Assembly: GCA_023245355.1 (NCBI GenBank)
Contig: JAHFKN010000005.1
Location: forward strand, 33,290-97,289
DNA length: 64,000 nucleotides
Source: Candidatus Gottesmanbacteria bacterium
GTDB taxonomy: Bacteria; Patescibacteriota; Microgenomatia; UBA10105; UBA927
Direction of reading: 5' to 3'
In this document: positions 39,516 to 49,330 of the stretch, in pieces
How positions within the stretch are numbered: the first letter of the stretch is position 1
Layout: each line of letters starts with the position of its first letter
Position numbers and translations under genes: made by a program
Notes under the pieces: generated by a model
Database searches by the model: none
Seen by the model: only the letters and a program-made list of their open reading frames with translations
What the model was told of the DNA's origin: nothing

Positions 39516-40007
39516 TCACATCACGACATCCCCGCAGGCGATGTAGTTTTTGTCATCAGACCATGAAGCGCTCACCGTGATAGCCATCGGAAGTTCGCTC
39601 CGCAGCTTATCTATCCCGAACGGCAGTACCGTTGTCGATTTTTTTCCCACAACCAGCGTTAATGTGTGTTTGATATCACCTAAATTCGCGCACGTTCCGC
39701 TATGCAGGGATATCGGCTGCGGCGGACCGATGCCGGTGAGCTCGCCGTCCATACTGACGCGTATTTCCGCCTTGCCTCCCGTCTCATCCAGTATCACGAC
39801 TCCTCCCGTGGATAATTGGTTTACGCCGGACAACCGGAACGTTACGGAGTTATCTAATGTATCCGGGGATGTCGGCGTAGGAGCTATCACATCAGCCGCA
39901 TTCGGAGGTTTCACCACGATGAAATAGTTGAGTAAAATCGGAAAAAGCAAAGCTACGACTGCGACCAATCCGACTCCCCACCATTGATATCTGCGCAGGC
40001 TGTACAT
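39516..40007 (-). CDS. Membrane-anchored exported protein (hypothetical)
   Basis: 163 aa; N-terminal TM (WWGVGLVAVVALLFPILL); no family recognised. Confidence 0.4.
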   Translation of the reverse strand: MYSLRRYQWWGVGLVAVVALLFPILLNYFIVVKPPNAADVIAPTPTSPDTLDNSVTFRLSGVNQLSTGGVVILDETGGKAEIRVSMDGELTGIGPPQPISLHSGTCANLGDIKHTLTLVVGKKSTTVLPFGIDKLRSELPMAITVSASWSDDKNYIACGDVVM

Positions 40008-40060
40008 AGTGTATATCCAGTATACCCCACGACAAAAAAAATATCTGCAGGATTGTCCGC

Positions 40061-41845
40061 TTACCAGCTCCCGCCTCCACCCCCGCCCCCGCCGCCTCCG
40101 GAAAAGCCGCCCCCGCCGGAAAATCCCGACGAAAATCCCCTGGACGAACGGTGCGTGACCGATGCTTGGAATGACATGGTCATACCGCTGCCGATGCTTC
40201 TGGTAAATACTATGCTGTTAAATCTCCCGCCGGACGAACTCTGGTACCACTCGGGATTTTGGAGCCCCAGATCTTTAAACCGTTTTGCCCAGATTTCCTC
40301 GACGCCGAATGCCACGGCAAACGGCAGTAATTTTTCGAACATCATCTGATTTTTTGCCTGAAACGCCAGTTTTTTATCCTGACTTGTGAGAAAATTCCGA
40401 AGCGACCGGGCGACTGCCGCCTGCTCGGAACCGAACAGCGTTTTTTTCGGCATGCTTTGCCCGAACGTGAGAGCCACCAGAAACAAAATCGGATTTGCCG
40501 TCATAAACGCGAAAAATGCCAATACACCGTAAGACATGCGCATCGCATTCGGATTGCTCGGGAAAAACTGTTCGGATACCAGCGAGTCATAGAGCATTTT
40601 TTTCACCGATTCTATGGTTTCGGAAATATCCGTCTTTTCCACGCTTACCCGGGATTTGACACCGAATATCCCATCCAGCAGTTTCTGTTCAAACGCCCGG
40701 AGCGACATATCGCCATCCCACTCCTTCACTTTTTCCAGATCAAACGTTTCTTTTTTGGTCTCAATAATTTTTATGTACCCGCGCCGGGCAAGATCGACAA
40801 TGCTCGCATAGATATCCCGTAAATCCGCGCGCTCATCGATGAGCGTTCCCGTTTCGGCGGGAGTCAGATCGCGTTTATATTTCGTCCGCGGGGGACTAAA
40901 CCATGCCCGTACCTCACCCATGGCGGGCTTCGGATCCCGGCCGCCCGTCCACCATTTGCGGATAACGATAATCGGGGTCACGATGTACCAGAGCACGGCG
41001 ATGATGCCGATAACTATCAGCGCGATTTTCCCCTCCCGGGTCTCAAAAAACGGCACGAGTTCCCGCGGCTCCAGCACTGCCACCGTGTTTTTGGGAAACC
41101 CGACCACGTACGTAAACCCCTCGTATGGACCCAGCGGACGTGTTGCTTTCACGCTCACATTCCCGGCCGAATACGACGAGGTGCAGAATTTTTCCTTTGA
41201 CCCCTGGGTGCCGACAAAACAATCCGTGTTCACATCGGAAGCAGCGAGACTCGCGGGGAGCGAAATAGCCGACGTTGCATGAAGAGTCGGCACTTTCCAC
41301 GTCGTACCGACGGCGTTCCAGTACAATTCGTCATGACCGGGAAAATACGTAAGAGCGCCCTTTACATCATACGTTAAAACATACCAATGACTGCCGTCTA
41401 TGGTCATGTCGGCATCTCCGATTTTGTACGTAAGGCTGGTTCCGTCGTCCGTTGTCGTAAATTGGTACGGTTTATCTTCATCGTCTGTTACCCGCATGCC
41501 GATGATAGCAAGCGCATACTTTTTCCCGTCTGCATTGGTTTTTACATACGGGATGGTACGGAATATGCCGTGCCTGGGCTCCGGAAAATTATACAAAATC
41601 CGTTCGGTTACGGACACGGACCCGTCGGCGTGAATGGCAGATTCCGTTTCGTAGGTATCTATATATTCGCCCGTACCGGAAACCTGTTTATCTGTCGTGG
41701 TGGTGGTGGTCGTGGAATTCGTGGTGACGTTGTACTGTATCCTGATGCCGTTCTTTTGATACGTTACGGCAGACACAAACGGAACCGCCACAAGGGCGGC
41801 AACGAGAGAAGCGACGACAGAAAACACAAATAATACCTGCTTCAT
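40061..41845 (-). CDS. DUF2207-family membrane protein with poly-Gly C-terminal tail
   Basis: 594 aa; signal peptide, large extracellular N-domain, internal TM helices, C-terminal …GGGGFSGGGGGGGGGGSW; DUF2207-like topology. Confidence 0.65.
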   Translation of the reverse strand: MKQVLFVFSVVASLVAALVAVPFVSAVTYQKNGIRIQYNVTTNSTTTTTTTDKQVSGTGEYIDTYETESAIHADGSVSVTERILYNFPEPRHGIFRTIPYVKTNADGKKYALAIIGMRVTDDEDKPYQFTTTDDGTSLTYKIGDADMTIDGSHWYVLTYDVKGALTYFPGHDELYWNAVGTTWKVPTLHATSAISLPASLAASDVNTDCFVGTQGSKEKFCTSSYSAGNVSVKATRPLGPYEGFTYVVGFPKNTVAVLEPRELVPFFETREGKIALIVIGIIAVLWYIVTPIIVIRKWWTGGRDPKPAMGEVRAWFSPPRTKYKRDLTPAETGTLIDERADLRDIYASIVDLARRGYIKIIETKKETFDLEKVKEWDGDMSLRAFEQKLLDGIFGVKSRVSVEKTDISETIESVKKMLYDSLVSEQFFPSNPNAMRMSYGVLAFFAFMTANPILFLVALTFGQSMPKKTLFGSEQAAVARSLRNFLTSQDKKLAFQAKNQMMFEKLLPFAVAFGVEEIWAKRFKDLGLQNPEWYQSSSGGRFNSIVFTRSIGSGMTMSFQASVTHRSSRGFSSGFSGGGGFSGGGGGGGGGGSW

Positions 41846-42865
41846 TTATCGGAGATACTTTGTAACGTTGGCGTTATGCTCTTCCAGTGTCCTGGCATAA
41901 TGCACAGCTCCCGACGGGTCATGAAGGTAAAACATGTAGTCGGTCTTTTTGGGATATATCGCGGCTTTCACGGCGGCGATTCCGGGATTGCAGATCGGCC
42001 CCGGCGGTAACCCGGGATTTGCATACGTATTATACGGGGATTTCACCAGCTTATCGTCTTCACTCAGAACCTTTTTCCACCATGTTTTTTCCTGGGACTG
42101 ATACCCCAGGGCAAACTGCAGCGTCGCATCCGCCTGAAGCGGCCAGCCCTTCTCCAGCCTATTAAGCAGCACTCCTGCTATCACCGGGCGGTCTTCGTCG
42201 GTACGCCCTTCGCGCTCGACGATGGAAGCCAATGTGACGATATCATCGAGTGTCATGCCTTTGGCCTTGATATCCGCGCGCATCTGCGGCGTCACTTTTT
42301 TGTCGAATGCGGACGTAAATATAGAAATGACAGCTCCGGCTGTAGCATCCTGCGGGATGAGGTACGTATCAGGAAACATATAGCCTGTTTTAGCACTCCG
42401 GAGGAATTCACTTTCCGGCATGTTAAGATTTTTGGCAAGCGCGGTAGCAATCTCTTCGTTCCGCCACCCCTCAAGCGTGGTCACCCAGATATCTTCAAAC
42501 CCGTGCGTCAGTTCGCGGGCAAGCGTACGGCTGTCCATCGTGCGGTTCAGCCTGAATTCCCCCGCCTGCAGATTCCGTTCTATCCCCATGAGTTTTACCA
42601 GCACAAAAAACGCAGTCGAGCTCCGGATCAGATTATCGCCTGCTAAATTTGCCGCTATGGCGCGCACGCCGTCTCCTGCATTCACGCGGAATGTCACCGG
42701 ATCCGTGTCTTTGGGGTCTACTGCCCGTGTGCTGTCAAACCACCAGGCTAAACTGCCGCCCACAAAAAGCAGCACTACCAGAAGAAATACCATCACCCTC
42801 GTGATAACAGCGTTACTTGATTTCATGAAGAAGCGCCCGGCGGTATTTTTTCGCCGCGGGATCAT
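41846..42865 (-). CDS. mltG: Endolytic murein transglycosylase MltG (YceG family)
   Basis: 339 aa; N-terminal TM; YceG-like catalytic region (…LASIVEREG…PGLPPGPICNPG…); probable true start MKSSNAV at 42826. Confidence 0.85.
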   Translation of the reverse strand: MIPRRKNTAGRFFMKSSNAVITRVMVFLLVVLLFVGGSLAWWFDSTRAVDPKDTDPVTFRVNAGDGVRAIAANLAGDNLIRSSTAFFVLVKLMGIERNLQAGEFRLNRTMDSRTLARELTHGFEDIWVTTLEGWRNEEIATALAKNLNMPESEFLRSAKTGYMFPDTYLIPQDATAGAVISIFTSAFDKKVTPQMRADIKAKGMTLDDIVTLASIVEREGRTDEDRPVIAGVLLNRLEKGWPLQADATLQFALGYQSQEKTWWKKVLSEDDKLVKSPYNTYANPGLPPGPICNPGIAAVKAAIYPKKTDYMFYLHDPSGAVHYARTLEEHNANVTKYLR

Positions 42866-43004
42866 ACATATAGATACGTCCGCACACGCAATCTACACGC
42901 ACCATACCTGCTCCTTCCTTGGTTGGAAGGGGTTTGCCGCATCCCACGCATTTTCCCTGTGAGAGCAGCCATGCCTGTACCGGACCTAATAAATTTTTAA
43001 ACAT
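42813..43004 (-). CDS. Small 4-Cys zinc-ribbon protein
   Basis: 63 aa; CVGCG…CVCG. Confidence 0.4.
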   Translation of the reverse strand: MFKNLLGPVQAWLLSQGKCVGCGKPLPTKEGAGMVRVDCVCGRIYMYDPAAKKYRRALLHEIK

Positions 43005-43014
43005 ATGCGACGTG

Positions 43015-44274
43015 TTATTCCACTGCGTACACGGGCATCGACTTGAGCGTTTCCGCAGCTTCCTTGAGTCTCCATTTGTCAGAACTGTAAATCGTAGCTA
43101 GTATATCACCTTTGTCCACCCGCTCTTCAAGTTTCCGGTTCAGATACATCCCTGCTTTTTTGTCCGTCGGACATCCCAAAATCCTGCAGATGACCGTAAT
43201 CTGCTGATTATTCATACCGGAAATCATTCCGTGTTTTGACGCTTTATACGCGTAGACATATTTACCCGGCGTCAGCTTGCTGCTTGTGATATCCGGGTGC
43301 CCGCCCTGGGCCTTGATGATTTCGCGCATTTTTTTGAGTGCCTTGCCGGACGTGAGCAGCTCACGCGCCGCTTCTTCGCCGTCCATATCTTTCTTGCCCG
43401 GCGTGTCCGCAAAACAAAGCGATAACAGTTTGCCGGCTAACCGGAGTGCTTTGGCTTCCAGCGCCAGAGGACGGCCGGGTGCCTGTTCCAGCACCTCAAA
43501 TACGTCGCGCGCTTCCAGCACCGGCCCGATGCCGCGGCCGGCATTCTGACGGATTTCATTGATATCGACGACGACTTTTATTTTGAACCGTTTCCCCAGC
43601 ATGATAAATTTCCTCGACATCAGTTCCGCATCTTTGAAATGCTGGATTTTCATCGTGGGACCTACCGGCAGATCCAGCACCAGATGATTTGCACCCGACG
43701 CGATTTTTTTGGCCATGACGGAGACGATAATTTTATCGTAGGATTCGAACGCCAGCGGACGCTCAACCTGAATCAAAATATCATCGGCAGGAGCCAGTCC
43801 CACATGGCCGCCCCATACGATACACCCGCCTACCTTGTTGACGATATTGGTAATCTGGGCCGTCGTGAATGTCACGGGAGCGACCACTTCCATCGTGTCC
43901 GCCGTTCCTGCCGGAGACGTAATCGCACGCGTAGACGTTTTGGGGATTTTGTAACCGGCAGCGGCGATAATGGGAACGACGATCATCGTGGTACGCGTGC
44001 CCGCTACCCCGCCTGCGGAATGCTTGTCCGCAACAATGCCCGGAAACTTCAGCCGCGGGCCGGTCGCAACCATGGCTTTGGTAAGCGAGTAGAGCTCCTC
44101 ATCGGAAAATCCTTCTTTAAATCCGGCTGCGGCAAAATATGTCGTAAGGACGGGACTCAGTTTTTCATTGGCGATTTCATCCATGATGGAATAGATTTCG
44201 TCATAGTTTAACCTCTTGCCGACAAGCTTTTTTTTGATAGCGTTAATGGCTTTTTGCTGTGAATCCGCAGTCAT
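43015..44274 (-). CDS. Thymidine/AMP phosphorylase family protein (DeoA-like; putative AMP phosphorylase)
   Basis: 419 aa; ADKHSAGGVAGT phosphate-binding motif and glycosyl-transferase family 3 fold. Confidence 0.85.
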   Translation of the reverse strand: MTADSQQKAINAIKKKLVGKRLNYDEIYSIMDEIANEKLSPVLTTYFAAAGFKEGFSDEELYSLTKAMVATGPRLKFPGIVADKHSAGGVAGTRTTMIVVPIIAAAGYKIPKTSTRAITSPAGTADTMEVVAPVTFTTAQITNIVNKVGGCIVWGGHVGLAPADDILIQVERPLAFESYDKIIVSVMAKKIASGANHLVLDLPVGPTMKIQHFKDAELMSRKFIMLGKRFKIKVVVDINEIRQNAGRGIGPVLEARDVFEVLEQAPGRPLALEAKALRLAGKLLSLCFADTPGKKDMDGEEAARELLTSGKALKKMREIIKAQGGHPDITSSKLTPGKYVYAYKASKHGMISGMNNQQITVICRILGCPTDKKAGMYLNRKLEERVDKGDILATIYSSDKWRLKEAAETLKSMPVYAVE

Positions 44275-44276
44275 GG

Positions 44277-44981
44277 TTATATCCTCACTAATCTGGCTTT
44301 TACGTTAAGCCGGTATAAATATGTACCCGGAGGGACGCAGGTTACCAGAGTAAGATACGAATCATCAAACCGCTGCTCCAAAGGAGACAGATCGGTCGGC
44401 TCAACGACAATTTTTTCCGTTACCTTATACGTATAGTCTAACCCGTCATAGGTCAGATTGATATTTGCCCCGACTTTTATCGTGGGGAGTGTGGCAAACA
44501 CGGTTTTATAATCCTTCGTTCCGCGGAAAAACTGCGGCAGGGTAGAATGTCCGAAGATAACGGTATTGCCGTATTCGCCGGGCAACCCTGTGCCTCCGTA
44601 ATGGATCAGGCTTTTCCCCAAATCATCACCGGCGATAATCACGCTGGCATCTTTTATCCCCAGCGAGGGAATCGACAGCGTATAACTATTCACCGGTGCG
44701 GATACTTTTTTCTGCGGGGAGGTCGGAAACCACGTATTGGGGTCCGTGGTGTTTTTGACGCCGCTGGCATATGCCGTTTCCGCGGGTTTGAAACCCGACA
44801 AATCCCCAATGGGACTCACGGTTTTGGCTAATACCACCTGATCAATGAAGAAAAACGAAACGATCGGCCATACCGTCCAGAGGATAATCATAAATCCCAT
44901 GGCCATAAGCATGTATGAAACGATTACCGGTCGCGGAACCGGTCTGCGGGGCACTGATTTAACGTATCGGTACATTGGCAT
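44277..44981 (-). CDS. Sortase (transpeptidase)
   Basis: 234 aa; N-terminal TM; catalytic His (FGHST) and LTLVTCVP (TLxTC) motif. Confidence 0.8.
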   Translation of the reverse strand: MPMYRYVKSVPRRPVPRPVIVSYMLMAMGFMIILWTVWPIVSFFFIDQVVLAKTVSPIGDLSGFKPAETAYASGVKNTTDPNTWFPTSPQKKVSAPVNSYTLSIPSLGIKDASVIIAGDDLGKSLIHYGGTGLPGEYGNTVIFGHSTLPQFFRGTKDYKTVFATLPTIKVGANINLTYDGLDYTYKVTEKIVVEPTDLSPLEQRFDDSYLTLVTCVPPGTYLYRLNVKARLVRI

Positions 44982-44989
44982 ACCATCTA

Positions 44990-47359
44990 CTATGGTACCA
45001 TGACCGTGACGGTGATGTTGTCGCGCTTGAGGGGTAAACGCGACTTGGTGGGAGAGAGGAAGAAACGGAATTCTGCTCCGCTCACTCCCTTGGTTTCCTT
45101 GAGTATGGCAAGCGCCGAATTCACGTCACGGCCGGCAAGCGATTGTTTGAGCGCCGCTTCATCAATCTGCGGAAGCGCTACCGCTACGAGTTTGGCAGTC
45201 AGGGTAATCGTACCGTCTTTTTTCACCGTCACGTTGTTCACCGAAACGGTCGTCTGTTCGGGCGCCAAGGTGTACCCTGCCGGAACTTTTGCCTCGACCA
45301 GTTTGGAAAGCGCCGCTTTGATATCCCCGTCTGAAATGCTGATCCCGCTTACTTTTACCGTCACTTTCCCATGCAGCTCCTTCGCTTCCTGATCCAGCTC
45401 CGCATCAAACACTTTTTCGGAAACGTCCGTTTTGACCGTTGCATCGATTAACCTCTCACCGCTTGCCACCGTCAGCAGCTGCTGCTTGGCCTGAGTGACT
45501 AAATCGGCAGTCAATGCCTTGACGAGCGCATCCTGATCGGCACGGGAAACAACCGTTACCTGTTTACTGGTACCCCCGGTAAATGCGGATTCGTTCCGTG
45601 CGGAAACCTGCGTACTGTTTATGTTGGCAAACGTAAATTCGGAACTCGCCGTCACGTTCCCGTTGGGACCGATATCGCGTGCCGTGACATTGGCATTTGC
45701 TTTGCCGAATGTGATGGACCCGATACTTTCACTGGCCGATGCCACACTCACGTCGCTGTCCAGCGTGAATGCCACGCTGCCTGTTGAAAGCACTGTTCCT
45801 TTGGGAAATGTTTTGCCGGTCGTCACTTTGTTGTATATCGTGACCGTTCCTTTGGCCGGATCGCCCACGTTCTTTTTGCCGGTTACTGCAATTGTTTTTT
45901 CTCCGCTTACCGACTGCTCCTGCACTTTGCCCGGAATAATTTTGGTCGCAGGATCCGCAACGGTGGCTGAGGCATCGACGGAAACGACAGTTGATTCATC
46001 GACGGACTGGCTTGCAACCAGTACCGTGACCGTCGCTCTGGGCAGAACATAATACAGACCTGCCGCTATGGCAATAATGATAACGGCTCCGATAATAAGC
46101 GGAAGTGCCCCGCCGCGCAGTTTGGGGAATTTGGTAAATACGTTTTTGATTGTATCCAGCCCGCCCGGAGGAAATGCCGGCATATGAATCTTCACAGGAA
46201 ACAAAATGGGTAATTTACTCCCCGCTTGTGCCGGGCGTGCGGCAGATGCAACGGGGGGCTTTTGCCGTTCCAATACGTCTTCCCGGCTGAACCCGAGCGC
46301 TTCCGGACTCACGACTTCTACATTGGAAAGTTCCTCATTGCGCGATGTGTCTTCCGCAACCATCTCTTCATCCTCCACTGCGCCGTCTTCTTCGGCCTCT
46401 TCTTCATCCGCCGCTCCGTCTCCGGAATTCTCCGGCTCATCTTCATCGCCTTCCGGTTCGGTTCCGGATTCTTCTGTTTCCTCATCGGGCTCATCTGCCG
46501 CAAGAACTTCCCCGTCTGCTTTCGTGTCACGGGCAGTAGTTGGCTGCGCGACAACCGTGGAAACGACTGCTGCTTCTGCTGCAACACTCTCGCCGATTTC
46601 CTGTGACAACTCCGATGCCCCTGCAAGGGAAATAGATGTAAGCAACGATTCGACGGAAATAATTTCTATTTTGGGAAAATGCAGAAAATTCGTCCGGGTC
46701 GGCCAGGGGTGCTTTAATAATTTCGACCGGATTTCCTCCAGTACGACGGAATTGCCGCCGTACAGTAATATGCGCGAGGGAAGCACGTCACCGTCCTGAT
46801 GCTTTTTAAGCGACGCTTCCAGCGCTGCAGCCGGATCATCGTCTATGTCCAGATGATCCTCATGCGTCAGATTACCGACGCGGAACAGGCTGACGAACGC
46901 ATGTTTGCCGGAACACCCCAGCAATATCATACTGGCCGGTACGCCCTCATCTTTTTTGAATGAAAATGCGATGGCCTGGGGGAGCGGCACAAACCCGACC
47001 GGAGTCAGTTCCAGCATTGTCGTGAGTTTTTTAAGATGGGGGCGTACCGCATCAAGAATGTTTCCTTCAGAGGTAAGATACGCTCCCGGCATACCGAAAA
47101 CTGTTTTGGAAATCGCTTTGGCCACTCCGACTTTATCTTCTGCCGCGGAAAGCAGGCGGTCTGTTACCTGTATCCTGGATTCCCAGGTGTCTTCTGCTAT
47201 TACCGCGTGGGCAAAACTGGTAACCTTGGGAATCCCCTCCGTATCCACGTGCCAGGTGGCGACGGCCGCCGCATCAATATCCAGATACAGCGAAAAAAAA
47301 TAATCCTTCGCCTCTTCCTTTTTCGGCAGTAAATCTGCAAGTACGTGTGGAAATTTCAT
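44990..47359 (-). CDS. Large bitopic protein: cytoplasmic actin-like ATPase-fold domain (FtsA/PilM-like), acidic linker, TM helix, extracellular Thr/Ser/Val-rich beta domain
   Basis: 789 aa; N-terminal FFSLYLDIDAAAVATW and ILLGCSGKHAFVSLF resemble actin-fold phosphate loops; DE-rich linker; TM LPLIIGAVIIIAIAAGLYYVL; domain calls are by pattern only. Confidence 0.5.
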   Translation of the reverse strand: MKFPHVLADLLPKKEEAKDYFFSLYLDIDAAAVATWHVDTEGIPKVTSFAHAVIAEDTWESRIQVTDRLLSAAEDKVGVAKAISKTVFGMPGAYLTSEGNILDAVRPHLKKLTTMLELTPVGFVPLPQAIAFSFKKDEGVPASMILLGCSGKHAFVSLFRVGNLTHEDHLDIDDDPAAALEASLKKHQDGDVLPSRILLYGGNSVVLEEIRSKLLKHPWPTRTNFLHFPKIEIISVESLLTSISLAGASELSQEIGESVAAEAAVVSTVVAQPTTARDTKADGEVLAADEPDEETEESGTEPEGDEDEPENSGDGAADEEEAEEDGAVEDEEMVAEDTSRNEELSNVEVVSPEALGFSREDVLERQKPPVASAARPAQAGSKLPILFPVKIHMPAFPPGGLDTIKNVFTKFPKLRGGALPLIIGAVIIIAIAAGLYYVLPRATVTVLVASQSVDESTVVSVDASATVADPATKIIPGKVQEQSVSGEKTIAVTGKKNVGDPAKGTVTIYNKVTTGKTFPKGTVLSTGSVAFTLDSDVSVASASESIGSITFGKANANVTARDIGPNGNVTASSEFTFANINSTQVSARNESAFTGGTSKQVTVVSRADQDALVKALTADLVTQAKQQLLTVASGERLIDATVKTDVSEKVFDAELDQEAKELHGKVTVKVSGISISDGDIKAALSKLVEAKVPAGYTLAPEQTTVSVNNVTVKKDGTITLTAKLVAVALPQIDEAALKQSLAGRDVNSALAILKETKGVSGAEFRFFLSPTKSRLPLKRDNITVTVMVP

Positions 47360-47370
47360 TCAGGTATGGT

Positions 47371-49236
47371 TCAGGTAAGCTTGGCGTAAATTCTGCGTAC
47401 CCCTGCACTGCTTGCTTCCTCTTTTAGTATTGTAAAGTGGCCCAACGCCCCTGTAAAGCTCACATGAGGCCCGCCGCAGAATTCCGCCGAGAAATAATCG
47501 TCCCGGGTTACCGCTTCCGGATTGGTTCCTTCCCGGAGGCCCACGAAATACACGCTGACACGGTCGGGATATTTGGTGCCGAATTCCATCTGTGCACCGA
47601 TTTTTTCCGCGTGCTCTTTGGGCATTTCCACGCGGGTCACGGGCAGATTTTTTCCGATTGCAGCATTTACATATTCCGTAACGTTCGTCAGTTCCTCGGG
47701 CGTAAATTTCCGCGCAAAACTCACATCTATCCGCAGCCGCTCTGCCGTAATGTTGCTGCCCCGCTGTTTGATGGACGGATCGACCAGTTTCTGCAGCGAC
47801 GCCAAAAGCAAATGATGTGCCGTATGAAGATTCGTCGTCGCCTCGCTGTGATCGGCAAGCCCGCCCTTAAACATGCCAGCGGCTGCCGTACGGGAAAGCT
47901 CCTGATGTTTGCGGAATTCTTTCTGGAATTCTTCCCGGTCAACCTCCTGGCCTTTCTCAAGCGCCAGTTCGTACGTGAGTTCCCACGGAAATCCGTAGCT
48001 TTGCAGCAGATCAAATGCGACCGTACCGGTAATCGTTTCGTGTTTCCCCAGCTGTACCAGACCGACGTTTAAGACCTTTTCAAACCGGGTGATTTCTTCT
48101 TTGAGTATCTGGCCCTTATCCAAAAATTCCGGACTCTCCGCGTCAAAATACACGCCGTTATAAATAACACCAACCTGTCGGTACACACTCATCCCTAATT
48201 CTGATTTGGATCCGTTCCCCCCGAGTTGGTGCATTTTCACGACCGCCCTGCGGATTAACCGCCGCAGCACATATCCCTGCTGTTTATTGCCGGGAAACAA
48301 TCCCTCGTTGATCATAAACGCGGCGGCTTTCAGATGATCGGCTATCACGCGCATCGCCTGCGTCTCTTTGGGGTTCTTCCCGTATTCCATGCCGCTAAAC
48401 GTTTCGAGCAGCGTCATGATCGGGGCAAACAGATCAGTCCGGAATACATCGGGGTTATCAGCGACTGCCGCACACATGCGCTCCAGCCCTCCGCCGAAAT
48501 CCACATTCTTCTGGGATAATTCCTTGAGCGTTCCGTCCGGCATTTTCTGATACTGCATAAACACGGAGTTAGCTATTTCCATGAACCGTCCGCAATCACA
48601 GTTCGGATGACAGACGTCGTGTTTGTAGGCAGATTTCTCATGCAACCCTAATTCCGCGCCGAAATCAAAAAACACTTCGCTGTCCGGTCCTCCCGGCTCT
48701 CCCGGCGGCATCTTTTCCGGTTCCCCCGACCTGCTCCACCAGTTTTTTTTGGCAGGATAGGTGAATATCCTCGCCCCTACTTCCGCCTTGATGCCGACAC
48801 CCTCAAACAATGTTTTCCAGATTCCGATGGATTCCGTATCTTTCGGCACGGAGTCGTTTCCCTCAAATACGCTCACATACAAACGCTTGGGATCAAGCTT
48901 GAGTTCCGTCACCAGAAACCCGAATATCCAGGTGAGCTGTTCTTTTTTGAAATAATCCCCCAGACTCCAGTTACCCAGCATTTCAAAAAATGTCGTATGA
49001 CGGTTATCTCCCACTTCATCTATATCCTGCGAACGGAATGACTTCTGGCTGTCGACCAGACGCGTACCTGCCGGATGCTTTTGCCCCAGAAGATACGGAA
49101 CGAGCGGCTGCATACCCGAACTCGTAAACAATGTCGTGGGATCGTTAAGGGGGACAATGGGCGCTGAAGGGATCTCTGTATGCCCCTGTTTTTGAAAGTA
49201 TCCGATATATTTACGTCTGATATCAGCCGATTGCAT
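47371..49236 (-). CDS. alaS: Alanine--tRNA ligase (short form lacking the C-terminal C-Ala/DHHA1 region)
   Basis: Class II aaRS catalytic core and editing domain with HxxxH…CGGxH zinc motif (TAHHLL…CGGPHV); about 620 aa from MQSADIRRKYIGYF versus ~870 aa for canonical AlaRS. Confidence 0.85.
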   Translation of the reverse strand: MQSADIRRKYIGYFQKQGHTEIPSAPIVPLNDPTTLFTSSGMQPLVPYLLGQKHPAGTRLVDSQKSFRSQDIDEVGDNRHTTFFEMLGNWSLGDYFKKEQLTWIFGFLVTELKLDPKRLYVSVFEGNDSVPKDTESIGIWKTLFEGVGIKAEVGARIFTYPAKKNWWSRSGEPEKMPPGEPGGPDSEVFFDFGAELGLHEKSAYKHDVCHPNCDCGRFMEIANSVFMQYQKMPDGTLKELSQKNVDFGGGLERMCAAVADNPDVFRTDLFAPIMTLLETFSGMEYGKNPKETQAMRVIADHLKAAAFMINEGLFPGNKQQGYVLRRLIRRAVVKMHQLGGNGSKSELGMSVYRQVGVIYNGVYFDAESPEFLDKGQILKEEITRFEKVLNVGLVQLGKHETITGTVAFDLLQSYGFPWELTYELALEKGQEVDREEFQKEFRKHQELSRTAAAGMFKGGLADHSEATTNLHTAHHLLLASLQKLVDPSIKQRGSNITAERLRIDVSFARKFTPEELTNVTEYVNAAIGKNLPVTRVEMPKEHAEKIGAQMEFGTKYPDRVSVYFVGLREGTNPEAVTRDDYFSAEFCGGPHVSFTGALGHFTILKEEASSAGVRRIYAKLT

Positions 49237-49330
49237 GGGGTTAATTATACCACGCAATTGTTTTTGTAATACTTCCCACTGCATTTTTTCTTTACCAGGG
49301 TATATACTGATTTTTGGATTGATTATACCC

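Noticed and set aside
46318-46626. Apparent DNA-level repeat/low-complexity (GA/GC-rich) segment
   Set aside because: It encodes the Asp/Glu-rich linker of the 789-aa protein; no spacer-repeat periodicity, so not a CRISPR or tandem repeat element.
47437-48072. 211-aa plus-strand ORF
   Set aside because: Antisense to alaS.
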